DNA of 63,700 nt, counting the filler, from Calcarisporiella thermophila CBS 279.70 (lineage: Eukaryota > Fungi > Calcarisporiellomycota), in NCBI RefSeq assembly GCF_041956535.1. It is 11 parts of 10 records of this genome, joined end to end, with 100 filler letters (N's around TTAATTAATTAA, not from the genome) between each part and the next. Parts side by side here need not be neighbours in the genome. Positions count along the whole stretch, not along the records: positions 1 to 2,072 come from NW_027192304.1; positions 2,173 to 16,994 come from NW_027192193.1; 9 more parts are not named here. One strand, 5' to 3'. A program made the translations under genes and the position numbers. Below, one piece after another: positions 1 to 11,266 of the stretch. Below the pieces are notes generated by a model. The model was not told where the DNA came from and did not search any database. It worked only from the letters and a program-made list of their open reading frames with translations. Position 1 is the first letter of the stretch, and each line of letters begins with the position of its first letter.

Positions 1-1103
1 ACTTTCGGCATGTCTTCCTCCTCCTCCTCCTCTTCTTCCTCCTCTTCACAATCGCTTTCTTCCTCTCGCAATACCCTCACTGGAATATATGCCTTCACGC
101 CATTCCGCTTTATCACCAACTTCCTCTCGATCAAATCCGGAGTGGCCACGTTCTCCAAACACCAATCCACCCCCAACAGTAATTCCTCCCCCAATCCTTC
201 GAATATCGCCAGGTCCACCCGTGTATCAAAACCATGAACTTGAATTTTGACAGACGAGATAATTCCGCGAGGAATATGTTCTCCCCCATCCGCAGTAACG
301 AGCTTCTTATCAGGTTCTCGATCTTCCCTTAATCCCAGTTCCTCTGCTAACTCAGCATTTATCACGCTCACCGCCGCACCTGTATCCAAAATCGCATTAA
401 TTCTTCTCCCCAATATTTCCACTGTACACTTCACCGCCGTAGTATCGTATTTTCTTCTCCTCTTGTTAATTGGCTCCTCTCTTGTTGCTCCCACTGAGTT
501 AGCTTCGTGTTTTCTCAAGGCTCCCATCAATTCTCTTCTGTATCGAGGCGCGCTTCGAAGTAACTCAAATAAGGTAATCCCAGCCGTAACCGTTTTCAAT
601 TGATTAACAATCGAATATCCGTCCCCATCCTGCTTCTGACCATGTCTATCCATCACCTCCCTAGCTCCCCTATCTCCAATCTTCTCATATCTCTCCACGC
701 CTTTCGCTGCCCCCTCATTCCTACTCTCCTCGAACACTGTCTTCACCTTCCTCCCATCCTTTTCTTCGCTCTCATCCACCCTGTCGCCTGCCAACATCCT
801 CCTCTTCTTTGATTCACCACCTTCGTTCCCAAAAGATTTCCTTTTCTCCATCAACAATAACTTCGCCAATCTCAGCGCTGCTTCTTCCTCGTCCACCCCC
901 TCTTCCATACTGTAAAACTCCATCATCAGATCCTTGCTATCCTCTGCTTCCACCTCATCCACCTCTTCTTCCACCTCATCCACCTCTTCTTCCTTTCCTT
1001 CTTCCTCCGCCTTCCCCATTTCTCTCGTCTCCACGCTGTTTACCATTGTTTTTGGAGGATTTGAACTTGGTCTGGCGCCCGTACCTCCCTCAATGGACGC
1101 CAT
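1..1103 (-). CDS. pol: Pol N-terminal region with aspartic protease, in the -1 frame relative to gag; open to the window edge
   Basis: Hand translation: MASIEGG...YSIVNQLKTVTAGITLFELLRSAPRYR...INAILDTGAAVSVI...LLLGVDW, no stop seen. Confidence 0.85.
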   Translation of the reverse strand, partial: MASIEGGTGARPSSNPPKTMVNSVETREMGKAEEEGKEEEVDEVEEEVDEVEAEDSKDLMMEFYSMEEGVDEEEAALRLAKLLLMEKRKSFGNEGGESKKRRMLAGDRVDESEEKDGRKVKTVFEESRNEGAAKGVERYEKIGDRGAREVMDRHGQKQDGDGYSIVNQLKTVTAGITLFELLRSAPRYRRELMGALRKHEANSVGATREEPINKRRRKYDTTAVKCTVEILGRRINAILDTGAAVSVINAELAEELGLREDREPDKKLVTADGGEHIPRGIISSVKIQVHGFDTRVDLAIFEGLGEELLLGVDWCLENVATPDLIERKLVIKRNGVKAYIPVRVLREEESDCEEEEEEEEEEEDMPK

Positions 1104-1954
1104 TACACTTTTCCCGACCCCTCGGAAACTTCTTGCATCGCAGTTCGTCCACTCATATTGTTGTATGGACAGTTGCGCCTGATATGACCCTCTTGTTGGC
1201 ATGCGTAACATATTTTTGGCCCTTGTCTTCGGCTTCCGTTCAAAAGGTTGATTTTCAGTTTCCTGAATTCGTCAACCAACATTCCAATCTTCTCATCCAC
1301 GGATGGAGGCTGCGTCGCATTTCCCTGCTCAATATATCCTGGATTGGGCACTGTCGTGGTATTTTCCATTCTCTTAGCGCCACCCCTTTCAAACGCGTCT
1401 TGGTTTGCCTGCCTTCGTGAACTTTTGACTGGTGACGCATCAAAATCACCTTGGTCAAATGCCATTTCTTCAACTTGGGCTAACTCCACCACCTCCTCGA
1501 ATGTCGCTGGCCTCCCGCGCCTGATGTTTGTTTGGTACGCTGGCTTCAAAGCCCTCAACAGATATCGCACTTTTTCTTTTTCATCCGTTACTCCCACCCT
1601 GTCGATGAGTTTTTGTACAGAGTGTACCAACTTTCCAACCGTTTCATTTGGCTTTTGTCGTCGGCACTCCAATTCTTGGCGCCAGCGTTCGATTCGCCTC
1701 TCTGTCCTGAACTTTGACAAGAATGACTCCTTTAGTTCTCTATAGGTCGTGAATTTGGTTTCGTTTGTGCGAAACCATGTCGACGCCTCATCCCTGCAAT
1801 AGTATCCAACCATGTCAATGACTGTTTCGTCAGTCCAACGATTGACTCGGCGGATATTGTCCAGTTCCTCCACCCATTCGACTGGGTCTTCGTTCATGTC
1901 GCCGTGGAAAAATTTGGGTCGTACCCAAGACCTCCCTTCGTCGTTAAAGGTCAT
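1103..1954 (-). CDS. gag: Retrotransposon Gag
   Basis: FHGDMNEDPVEWV capsid-like start; zinc knuckle CYACQQEGHIRRNC. Confidence 0.9.
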   Translation of the reverse strand: MTFNDEGRSWVRPKFFHGDMNEDPVEWVEELDNIRRVNRWTDETVIDMVGYYCRDEASTWFRTNETKFTTYRELKESFLSKFRTERRIERWRQELECRRQKPNETVGKLVHSVQKLIDRVGVTDEKEKVRYLLRALKPAYQTNIRRGRPATFEEVVELAQVEEMAFDQGDFDASPVKSSRRQANQDAFERGGAKRMENTTTVPNPGYIEQGNATQPPSVDEKIGMLVDEFRKLKINLLNGSRRQGPKICYACQQEGHIRRNCPYNNMSGRTAMQEVSEGSGKV

Positions 1955-2072
1955 TTCGAGTGTTTGTTTTTTTTTTTTTTTTTATAACCAAAAGAAGAAG
2001 AAAATATAATGGAAGTAAAGCACTGAATTCGGAAACAATAGAAGTTTTCAATTTCTCAGTGGAACCACCACT

Positions 2073-2172
2073 NNNNNNNNNNNNNNNNNNNNNNNNNNNN
2101 NNNNNNNNNNNNNNNNTTAATTAATTAANNNNNNNNNNNNNNNNNNNNNNNNNNNNNNNNNNNNNNNNNNNN
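2073..2172. other. Artificial contig spacer; others at 16995-17094, 22920-23019, 25072-25171, 37091-37190, 41589-41688, 46040-46139, 49976-50075, 55095-55194, 61928-62027
   Basis: Identical 100-nt N-TTAATTAATTAA-N blocks carrying a six-frame stop linker. Confidence 0.98.
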
Positions 2173-2192
2173 CAACAATGGGTCCGGGTGGT

Positions 2193-3125
2193 CTAGTCTA
2201 TCTCTTCCGAGAGAAGCTCGAACTGTACCACGAAGAAGATGATTTTGCCGTCCCTAGTTTTGCACACATAACGCAAGGGCTGCGCCGAAAAACAAAAAAA
2301 AAAAAGAAGAGTGTGTCAGAACATGGAAAGGCAGCACAAAGAGCTCTGTGGACCACTCACCTGCCCGTCCCAGTACCCAAGCACGTTCACCGAGAATCCA
2401 GGCAACCTTATTGCGGCAGAATTGAAGTCCACGTAGGCGTTGAAGAAGTCGAACTGGACCTCTTGATCGGGCCCAAGCACCACCTTCTTGGCCTTCTCCG
2501 AATCGGAGAAGTATTTGCGGCGAGTCGAGACATCCATCGGCGTCCTTGGGGAGCCGCGTGCGCTGAGGCTGGAGGTATCTTCGGTGATGCGCTCCCCATT
2601 GGGGGAGGGCCAAGGACTCAGCTCCAGCTCCCCTTCCACCGACTTGGGGCTATTTCTCTTGTTAGAGGCATCCGAGCTATCGTCGTCCTTCGAGGATACG
2701 TTTTGTATGCGCAGGGTATTGACGGAACACAACAGGGGCGAGAAAGCCCATGGGCGTTCGGAATAGATGTCGGCCTCGAATCCAGGATCGAACCATCGTG
2801 CAAATTTCAAAGCAATTCCGGCACCAGGAGGAAGTCTGAGCGGAGTATCGAACTCATTGCCAAACAGAATCTCACTGGCAACCCATTCTCGCTTCCATCG
2901 CAGCTGGGCTTGGATGGAGTAGCAGTCGCTATTGCCATCGAAGTAGGGCGAGGTGTTAAGGAGGGTGGGGGCCGTGCCATTGAAGTCGCGGATTCGAACG
3001 CAAAGACGCAAGGTCAGGTGTGGAGTATCTATGAGGAGGGGATTGGCATCGTCATTAGGGCTAATGGGAATGAGTTGCGAGGTGTCAGGTCCGGCAGAGA
3101 CGCGGAGCTTTAGGTTGCCATTCAT
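2193..3125 (-). CDS. DUF1769 (UPF0590) family protein, 2 exons (intron 2280-2360)
   Basis: LRVSAGP, VRIRDF, ILFGNEFD, FDPG...PWAFSPL; splicing restores YWDGQ|PLRYVCK. Confidence 0.85.
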
Positions 3126-3570
3126 GGTGTATCGGTAGCTTACTGCTGGGCTTTGGCTCTATGGAATTGGTTCGATGAATGTGGAGAGAAGAGTGAGCAA
3201 ATAATGCGATTCGGATTCAAGCCCTCAAATTTAATTTCGATTGTAAAGGAGCGGAAGAGCGCCATGATTAGAGAGGGTCCTAGACCAGAATGGTGTCCAA
3301 TGGACAGCCCCCAATTTACTATCCAGAACGATCTTATCCAGGTAATAGACGAATTCTTGATAAACCGAGCTTAAGAAAAAAATAACAATAACCACACACC
3401 CATATCCTTGATAACTACATGAAAAAAAAAAAGAAAATGAACAAAGTAAAGAATAAAGTCGCCACCCCCAAGAGCGGAGAAAGAAGTAGAATGGTAGAAT
3501 TAGATCAGGCTAATCATGAATAAACAAAAAAAATAGGAGGTTTTCGTTTGAAAATTTCCAGCTTCTATCT

Positions 3571-4294
<724 letters not shown>

Positions 4295-4347
4295 TTATGC
4301 TCAATATCCAATCACACTCAAATGTGCCAGTCTCAATGGGACGAGGT

Positions 4348-5283
4348 TTATTGAATAAGTGAAGAGTTAAGGGCAAGAGCAAAAGTGTACAGTCTAGAGT
4401 CGATGCGTATAAGGGAGGAATAGGTGCGTTGGAACTCTGTAATTTTGGGTAGAATGGGTTAGAAGGATGCGGCCAACCGGGGGGTGCAATGAAAATACCA
4501 TGAATGACGTCTAGCAAGTCGTTCATGGGCACCTCCACCCGCTGCAGGCTCCATTCATCCGCCTCCAACAGTGGAACTGGGTTCAGGTTCTCGGGAAGGG
4601 TGATATCAATCTAGCGTTGTGAGGAGGATTAGAAAAACGCGGGGGAACATCGAATTAGCGGGGCTCATTTTACCGTCATTTTGACAAAACATGAACACGA
4701 GTCAGACATGCCTGGCTCGTAAGGCACGGGTTCGGAGATGGAAACGACCTCCCCCGTATAGCCAGTCTCCTCCTTAAGCTCACGACACGCTGCTTCTGCA
4801 GGATTCTCGCCTGGGTCAATCAAGCCTTTCACAGCGTTATTATTTTTTCGAAGTTAATTTAACCCCTATCAATACTAATGCAATCGGGATGGCTAAACAA
4901 ACCAGATGGGAATTCTAGAGTGTAGGCCAAGAGGGCAGGACGATATTGCAATACTAATACGCATCTAGGTGAACAATTCGGAGACAGCAGGATGGCGAGG
5001 ATGTCCACACCTAGAGGCCAAAATGTTAATGGTATCGATGGATAGAGAAAACAATAGGGAAATCCAAACCATCGACCATCCCTCCTACCCGAATTTTTTC
5101 ATCCCTCTTGCGACGACATACCTCCCATCTTCTTAACTGTGCGGCCTGACCATCGTGCGCGGGCAACATATAACTTGATTCCTCTAGCATGAGCCAGGCG
5201 CCTTTCCCCAAGATTTTGGAAGAGATTTGATCTAGGGCTTGAAGAGGAATATGAGGAGGAAGTTTGGAATGCGTTGGGGTCAT
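4348..5283 (-). CDS. Nudix hydrolase, ADP-ribose pyrophosphatase (Ysa1/NUDT5)-like, multi-exon
   Basis: Spliced VLVLQYRPAL...LEFPSG|LIDPGENPAEAACRELKEETGY (Nudix box); C-terminal IDSRLYTFA. Confidence 0.85.
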
Positions 5284-6296
5284 GTTGGGATATTTAAGAG
5301 AACAAAGCAAGGGGAGATTTGCTTTTAAGGGGGGGAGAAAAGAGGGACACATGGATCCTAAAAATTGGTAATGTGAGTGTGACTTGCTTTTCATAAATTA
5401 AAGCAAACAGTCACCTTAATAAGAGAGCAGTACTTAAATGCGCAGGGAAGAGATCTGTAGTAGGAAAACACTTATACCCAATAAACTTTGGAATACGATA
5501 TAACATATAATAGAGCAGATACAAGTATTCAGCAAGGCAACGGGAGGGATTTAGAGAAGAAGCGAGATATGGGATATTTTTATGCCATAAGGCCCGAAAT
5601 AGCAGTGTCAGGCGAGATAGCTCCCCATATGACCAAGAGGGTGATCTAGATTGAAGACAGCCGTTCGCTCACTATAGTGCTTTGCTCTGACTTGCAAGTT
5701 GCGCGGATGTATTCACGAAATAGCATGCCACCCCGGTGCTGCCAGTTTCCAACGCGAGACTAGCTCAGAGTTGAACTCCTAGTGTTGTCCTTTCGTAGCA
5801 AGCGGGTATGTAGCTCGTGCTGTAAAAGTAACCCGATTATTTATGCCAGTCGATACAGCGGACTGGGGCCCTCTTCCATCGAAAGGTGTGGCTTAAGCTG
5901 GGCCAAGAAACGCGATAGCGGCAATACAGACGTGGCGGGTCCAGCTTGAGTCTCTGGGCTTTCGGCCGTGGCTGTTGAAGACAAACTCGTGCAAGGCCGT
6001 CGCGAAGGTTGGCGCGGATATGCTTTGGTTGTAGGAAATAAGCCGGGCGCGCAAAAACTGCGTTGCCGCTGATGGGACCAAACAAGGCCCAAACATGCAT
6101 ACGCATGAATGCAAACCGTGTAATCGCAAATGAATGGAAATCCTCACCCCCACGAACCTTATTGCATTCAGCGCACGAGAACAAGAAACACGCTGTCCGC
6201 CGCAGCTCCCGTGGTTCTCTCACAAAAGCCCACGGCGGCTACAACCTTGTTTCCCTGTTTTCTCTCCCCCTCTCTCCCCCCCTTTCGCCTCCATAG

Positions 6297-9200
6297 GATG
6301 AACTAGATAGGACATGTGTTGGTCTGCCTACAATGATCCGCTTTCTTGTTGATCGGGCGCAAACCAAGCGCGAATTGCGATTTCGTAAGTATTTTGCGGA
6401 AAATAAGCAGTATCAAATACAACAGTGGGAGCAGCAGCAACTACAGTCTTCGAACTATGAAGAGCTCCCAGCTATGCTACCCGTCTCCGCGGACAACTCT
6501 CGTTCCGGTGAATCGTTATCAGAAAATTGGCAGACCATTCATAATGACGAGAGATCGGTAGGCAATCCAGGCACTAATGAGCGGACAGCACAAAATGCTA
6601 TTGCGCAAAAACCACAATCTCTACCCTCACTGTCCTCTGCGCCCCAACGACAGGGTTCAATACAGCACCAGGCGCAACAATCCGTAAAATTTCAAGAGCG
6701 ATCCAATTCCCTTCAGAACCAGGCACGACCAGCTCGCAATAGCCTTGCGCAGGGAAATGGTAGTTATTCGAATGATCGGTGACTAGGATCATATCTTGAG
6801 CTTAGGCTTTTCTTTCTAGGCCTCGCCGAACCCCTTTCCGCCCTTTCCTATCAGGAGAATACATTTCAACGTGTCGACTTCATCGGACGAACCAGCGTCT
6901 CTACTATGGAGAGCCCTTCTCACGCCCCAGCCTTGGCTACTGATCCTTTGCCCACTCCTGCCCTTGCGCAACCTATGTCTGTGCCGTCGAATGGCTCTCT
7001 TTCAGCTTCATTTGGCCCCGGCACGCATCCTGGTAAGGATGCGCTTGGAGCATTCCACCCGTCAATCACCCCTCCACCACTCTTACCCCCCATGTACGGC
7101 TCCATTCCTCCACTTCCTCCCGTGATCTCTCCCATGGGAGCAACGGGGATAGCGCCTCTAGCTGCATCGGATTTTGACTTTGATGAAAAGTCGCCCTCAC
7201 CCAAGCCTCCTACTTCATCGGAAACTGCCTCCCGAACAAAGGCTCCGTTAACGAATAGCAGCAGCTCCACCATCTCGACCCCCTCCGTTCAACACAACTC
7301 CGTATCCCTGGAGGCCTATTTGCCGTCTTACGATTCTATGTCAACGGACAGGAGAAATTCCAAGCATCTAGCCGTGGCGTCCTCCCTTCCTCTGCCACCT
7401 CCTTTCTTCTACCTCTACCCATCTCTCCCTAGTTCCTCTCTTCTAATTGAACAGGCCGATAACAATGGGTCGAGTTCAAAGCTGCAGCACCAAGAGCTAA
7501 AAGTGCCCCCGCCCCCGCCCCACTTCTTTATGGGACACTATATATCCGGAGCAAACTATGGCTCGGCATCAGGTGAAAGTGAAGCCACGCGATCCAACCC
7601 GAATCTCACCAATATTGAATCAACCGAATATCAAGCCTCGCGAAGCGCTTCCAATCTGGACATAAGAGAGACAGGAGTTGGTCCCCAAAGTAACTAAAAA
7701 CCTTCTTTTTTATAATAATAATGGCGTGGGCTTCATTGACTCATTCTATTTCCCAGCTTCCACCCACCGCCCCACCAAGAGCCTAAGCCGTAGAAGAGAA
7801 GTGTTCAATGGCCGCAACACCCCTATTTCTGAACGTGCCCGTCGTGCTCTTGGTGGCCATAGTTCCAGATCACAGCCGCAAAATCAGGCACCACTACAAG
7901 TTCTTACGCCGCACCGTGTTTTGAATGGTCACAGTGCTGGGGAAGAAAATCTCGAGTCTTCGGAGGTGTCCGAAAATGAGGACGCCCCGGTGACGCCGCG
8001 TGCCTCCACATTTTCCAACTCCAAGCCCGACAGTGGATACTCTAGCAAGTCACGAGAGTCCTTTACAGACGCTCAAAGCCGAGATTCCACCCATGCAATG
8101 GCACACGGTGCGGCTGTTGCAACAGAGCATTCGCCAGCAGACAATACGCAGCCGTGGTCAGCATCGAAATCTCACCATATGAAGGACGAGCTTGCACAGC
8201 TGCTTCGTATGCAAATAAAGTTGCTGAAACTTCAGCGCGAGGAGTTTTTCACCCAGGAATTGCAACATCGCCGCCGAGAGCGGGAGATTCTTGAGCAACT
8301 AGCCCGGGGACAGGAGGCAATCAATCGTGTCTTGATAAAACGGGGGGCTTATTTCCCCGACCCTATGAGGACTGATGAGGACATAAGAGAGACCGGAAAG
8401 AGAGAAGGGAGAGGCGGGTTGAAGCACCGGCGATCAACCCCCGCTTTTGTTCCCTCCCGGAGTAGAGAGGGTTTCGATTCCGCATCCCCGCTTTCCACCC
8501 CTGTAAGAAGAGGCCGCGACTTGTGGCCGAGAGATTTGGCGGGGGAGAAGAAGGAGCTTGAGGGTGAAGATGGGAGAGAAAATCCACAGGGTATTCATTC
8601 CAAGAAGTATCGAAGTATGAAAGCCGAGGAGCTGAGAGAAGTCTTGAGAATTTTGAGGAGTAGAAAAGATGAGGATGAGACGGAGATGGGGACGGAGACT
8701 CTAGAGGACGAACTGGGCGCAGTGGGAGGAGAGACGGTCGGGGTGGATACGCGGGACGAGAAAGAGACCACGTATAGAATCTCTAGAGAACATGATGAAG
8801 GTGATGGTGAAGGTGAAGGGGAAGATGAGGAGGAGGATGAAGGCGAGGAGGACGAAGATGATGAGGAGGATGAGGATGAATTGGTCTTGGCCGAAATATA
8901 CGATCGATACTCTTTAGACGACTCTCGCTACAACGGCTTCGACGATTATCTCTATTATCCAGAGTACTATCTGCCACCCCACCACTTGTATTATCCTCCC
9001 ACCCCGTTCGCTAGGCACTACCGTTATCCTCGGCATAGGATGCCTAGAGGGATGAACCGAATTGTTCGATCCCCGTACATCCGTAGGGGTCGGTCGAGGC
9101 GGAGGCGATTCTTGGACGAAAATGCGGGATATAGAGAGGAAGGGGGATTCGAAGAAAAATACACTCAGGTTAGGAAAGCGGTCAAAAACATGAGGGTTGA

Positions 9201-9297
9201 TGCGCGCGAAGTTACGAACGGTCCCGCGTATAGGGACGATGATGGCGATAAACCCAACAAGCATCAAAACGAGGAGGAACTACGGCCCTCAATTTAG
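6297..9297 (+). CDS. Large low-complexity protein (Gln/Pro/Ser-rich, coiled coil, acidic tract); multi-exon, 5' end uncertain
   Basis: Consecutive ORFs 6333-6782, 6906-7697 and 7678-9297 separated by intron-like pyrimidine/AG segments; no domain recognised. Confidence 0.6.
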
Positions 9298-9655
9298 TTT
9301 CTAGAGAGAACTCCATGCATCCATATCCTCTATATATCCATTGAATTGTAATTTTACTTTATGTCTTGTCGCATTTATTGGCGAGGGGGGGGTAGCTATT
9401 TTTATTATCACATGGTTTTTTACCACCACATCTATCTTGGTGGCACTTGCTTGCACATCGTTTTTTATCGTGTCACATATTTATTTTAACTATTTTCCGG
9501 AGCAGCTTTGAGTGCTTTATCATTTTGTAACATGATGTATTATGAACTTCAAATGGATATCCGTTCCATTCATTTAATTCCTTGACCTTTCTGACAAACA
9601 AAACTGGGAGAGTCTGCTAGCCTTTACCGGAGGATACTGAGGGACACTTGCGGAA

Positions 9656-10557
9656 TCACCGCCAAAAGGTTAGCCAGTGACTGAACCGTGCACGTTGAAA
9701 TACCAATTCCGTAGGATGTGACGAATGATAGAGCTCATTATTGATGTAGCCAATATAATGCAGACTAAATGCAAGAGAGTAGTCATGGGTGAGAGCGAAT
9801 CGAACTGTTTGGAGAGAGATAGCCTCACCCGCCAAATCCGCCGATATAGTACACTCCTCGTGTTCGCAGGCGGTAAAAGTGAAAATCGTGGAATGGGGCG
9901 CCTTCCTTGTCATCGGGGGGCATCCACCACTTTGTCTCTGGGTGAGCCCGCTGCATACATTTTTTGGCAGCCGGAATCTTCCAATGCAAGATTAGGATCA
10001 AAGGTGGGAGGGGTTATTTTAGAAAATAGAGAAGAAGCATATCCCATACCTCATCAGCCGAGAGAGGCTCCAACTCGCCGTACAGTGTTAGGCGAGCCTT
10101 GGCCACAGGATAAGAGCCGGGTCTCAAATCTCGCACGGTAAGCGAGACCTTGGGCATTGCTTTTGCATTGCGGGTATTCATCTTTGCCAACCTCAGTCGC
10201 TAATTAGTTTTGAATTTCGTAATATCGGTTCACAGAACTGCTCTACCTGAATATCAGAAAGCAGCATAATGGGATCACCGGTTGAGGTGGGGCAAGCATC
10301 GCTGAAGTAATCCACCGAGCCAAACGGATACCCTACGCTCCATCGTGCGATCAGCACTTCTCTCCTGCTGGCTCTTAACATCGCTTACCTTCAAATTCGG
10401 TTCCATTTTTCATAACGCTCATCAAGGTCCCAATCGTGGTATCGCGCACAAGTTCTCGTGCTAGCCGAGCTGCATCTCTTTCTGTCTCTTCTGCAACCAC
10501 AGAATTGGGGTGAATGCAGATCAGAAAAATGAGAAGAAATCCAAGTAGAAAATTCAT
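9656..10557 (-). CDS. Secreted CREG / pyridoxamine-5'-phosphate-oxidase-like split-barrel protein, multi-exon
   Basis: Signal peptide; AARLARELV..IGTLMSV, YPFGSVDY, ARLTLYG, FHDFHFYRL, YYIGGFGG. Confidence 0.8.
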
Positions 10558-11032
10558 TTTCAGGGTTGTAAGAACTGAAAATGAATTCAAAAACGCCTTA
10601 CATAAAGGACTGTTTGCCACTCAAAAATCATTCGATATTGGAAGAAATTGAACACAAATTTGGCCAAACTTGAAGGGAATAGTTAAATGGTTCATAAAAA
10701 GCCCATATACTGCACAGAGTGCTAAATAACGATAGTGGTAGAGACAGGCATTTGATATATATAGAAGTGGTCAAGATAATGGTCGTGATCTTTTTTTTAA
10801 ATAAGAGTTCTTTATTGAATAAGTCATATTTGGATAGACCACTACGACAAAATCGCCCAAATTTTTCTCGATATGCACAAAGGAAATGGTGGGGGATTTA
10901 TTAAATATATTTATCTTATTTATAAAGATGCTGCACCATCGATCCATATTGATAAAATACATATCCCGACAAAAAATATTGTGGGAAATCCCGGTAATAT
11001 AATTGGATTATTGTCAGGTGAATCAAGTCACA

Positions 11033-11181
11033 TTTTTTGTAAATAAGTAGGCATCAGTTAAAAATACGTTTTATTTCTCTCGAACTGTAGAAAAGAAAAA
11101 ATAAAATACATAAAATATGAAAATTTAATTAATATCCTACATTTCCCACATACGTCAGCAAAAATAAATTACTATTACAAC
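11033..11181 (+). repeat. Left arm of a long imperfect inverted repeat
   Basis: Shares blocks AAGTAG, AGTTAAAAAT, TTTATTTCT, TACATAAAATA, TATCCTACAT, CGTCAG, AAAATAAA, ACTATT, in order, with the reverse complement of 13869-14030. Confidence 0.85.
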
Positions 11182-11266
11182 GCAACTCTCTACCCAGCCA
11201 GTTTGCTTAAACTGAAACACCCCGCCAACCCCACCCCAAGTCATATTCCACTCCCCACCCCGATCT

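Larger units (their letters stand above)
1..2072 (-). mobile_element. Ty3/Gypsy LTR retrotransposon, 5' part (PBS-like site, gag, protease; runs off window start)
   Basis: Gag ORF with CCHC knuckle followed by an ORF with retropepsin motif ILDTGAAVSVI; minus-strand AGTGGTGGTTCC (PBS-like) at the contig edge. Confidence 0.9.

Noticed and set aside
2073-2172. Recurring TTAATTAATTAA motif within N runs
   Set aside because: Artificial six-frame-stop contig linker, not biological
2178-3113. 311-aa plus-strand ORF
   Set aside because: Antisense shadow of the DUF1769 gene
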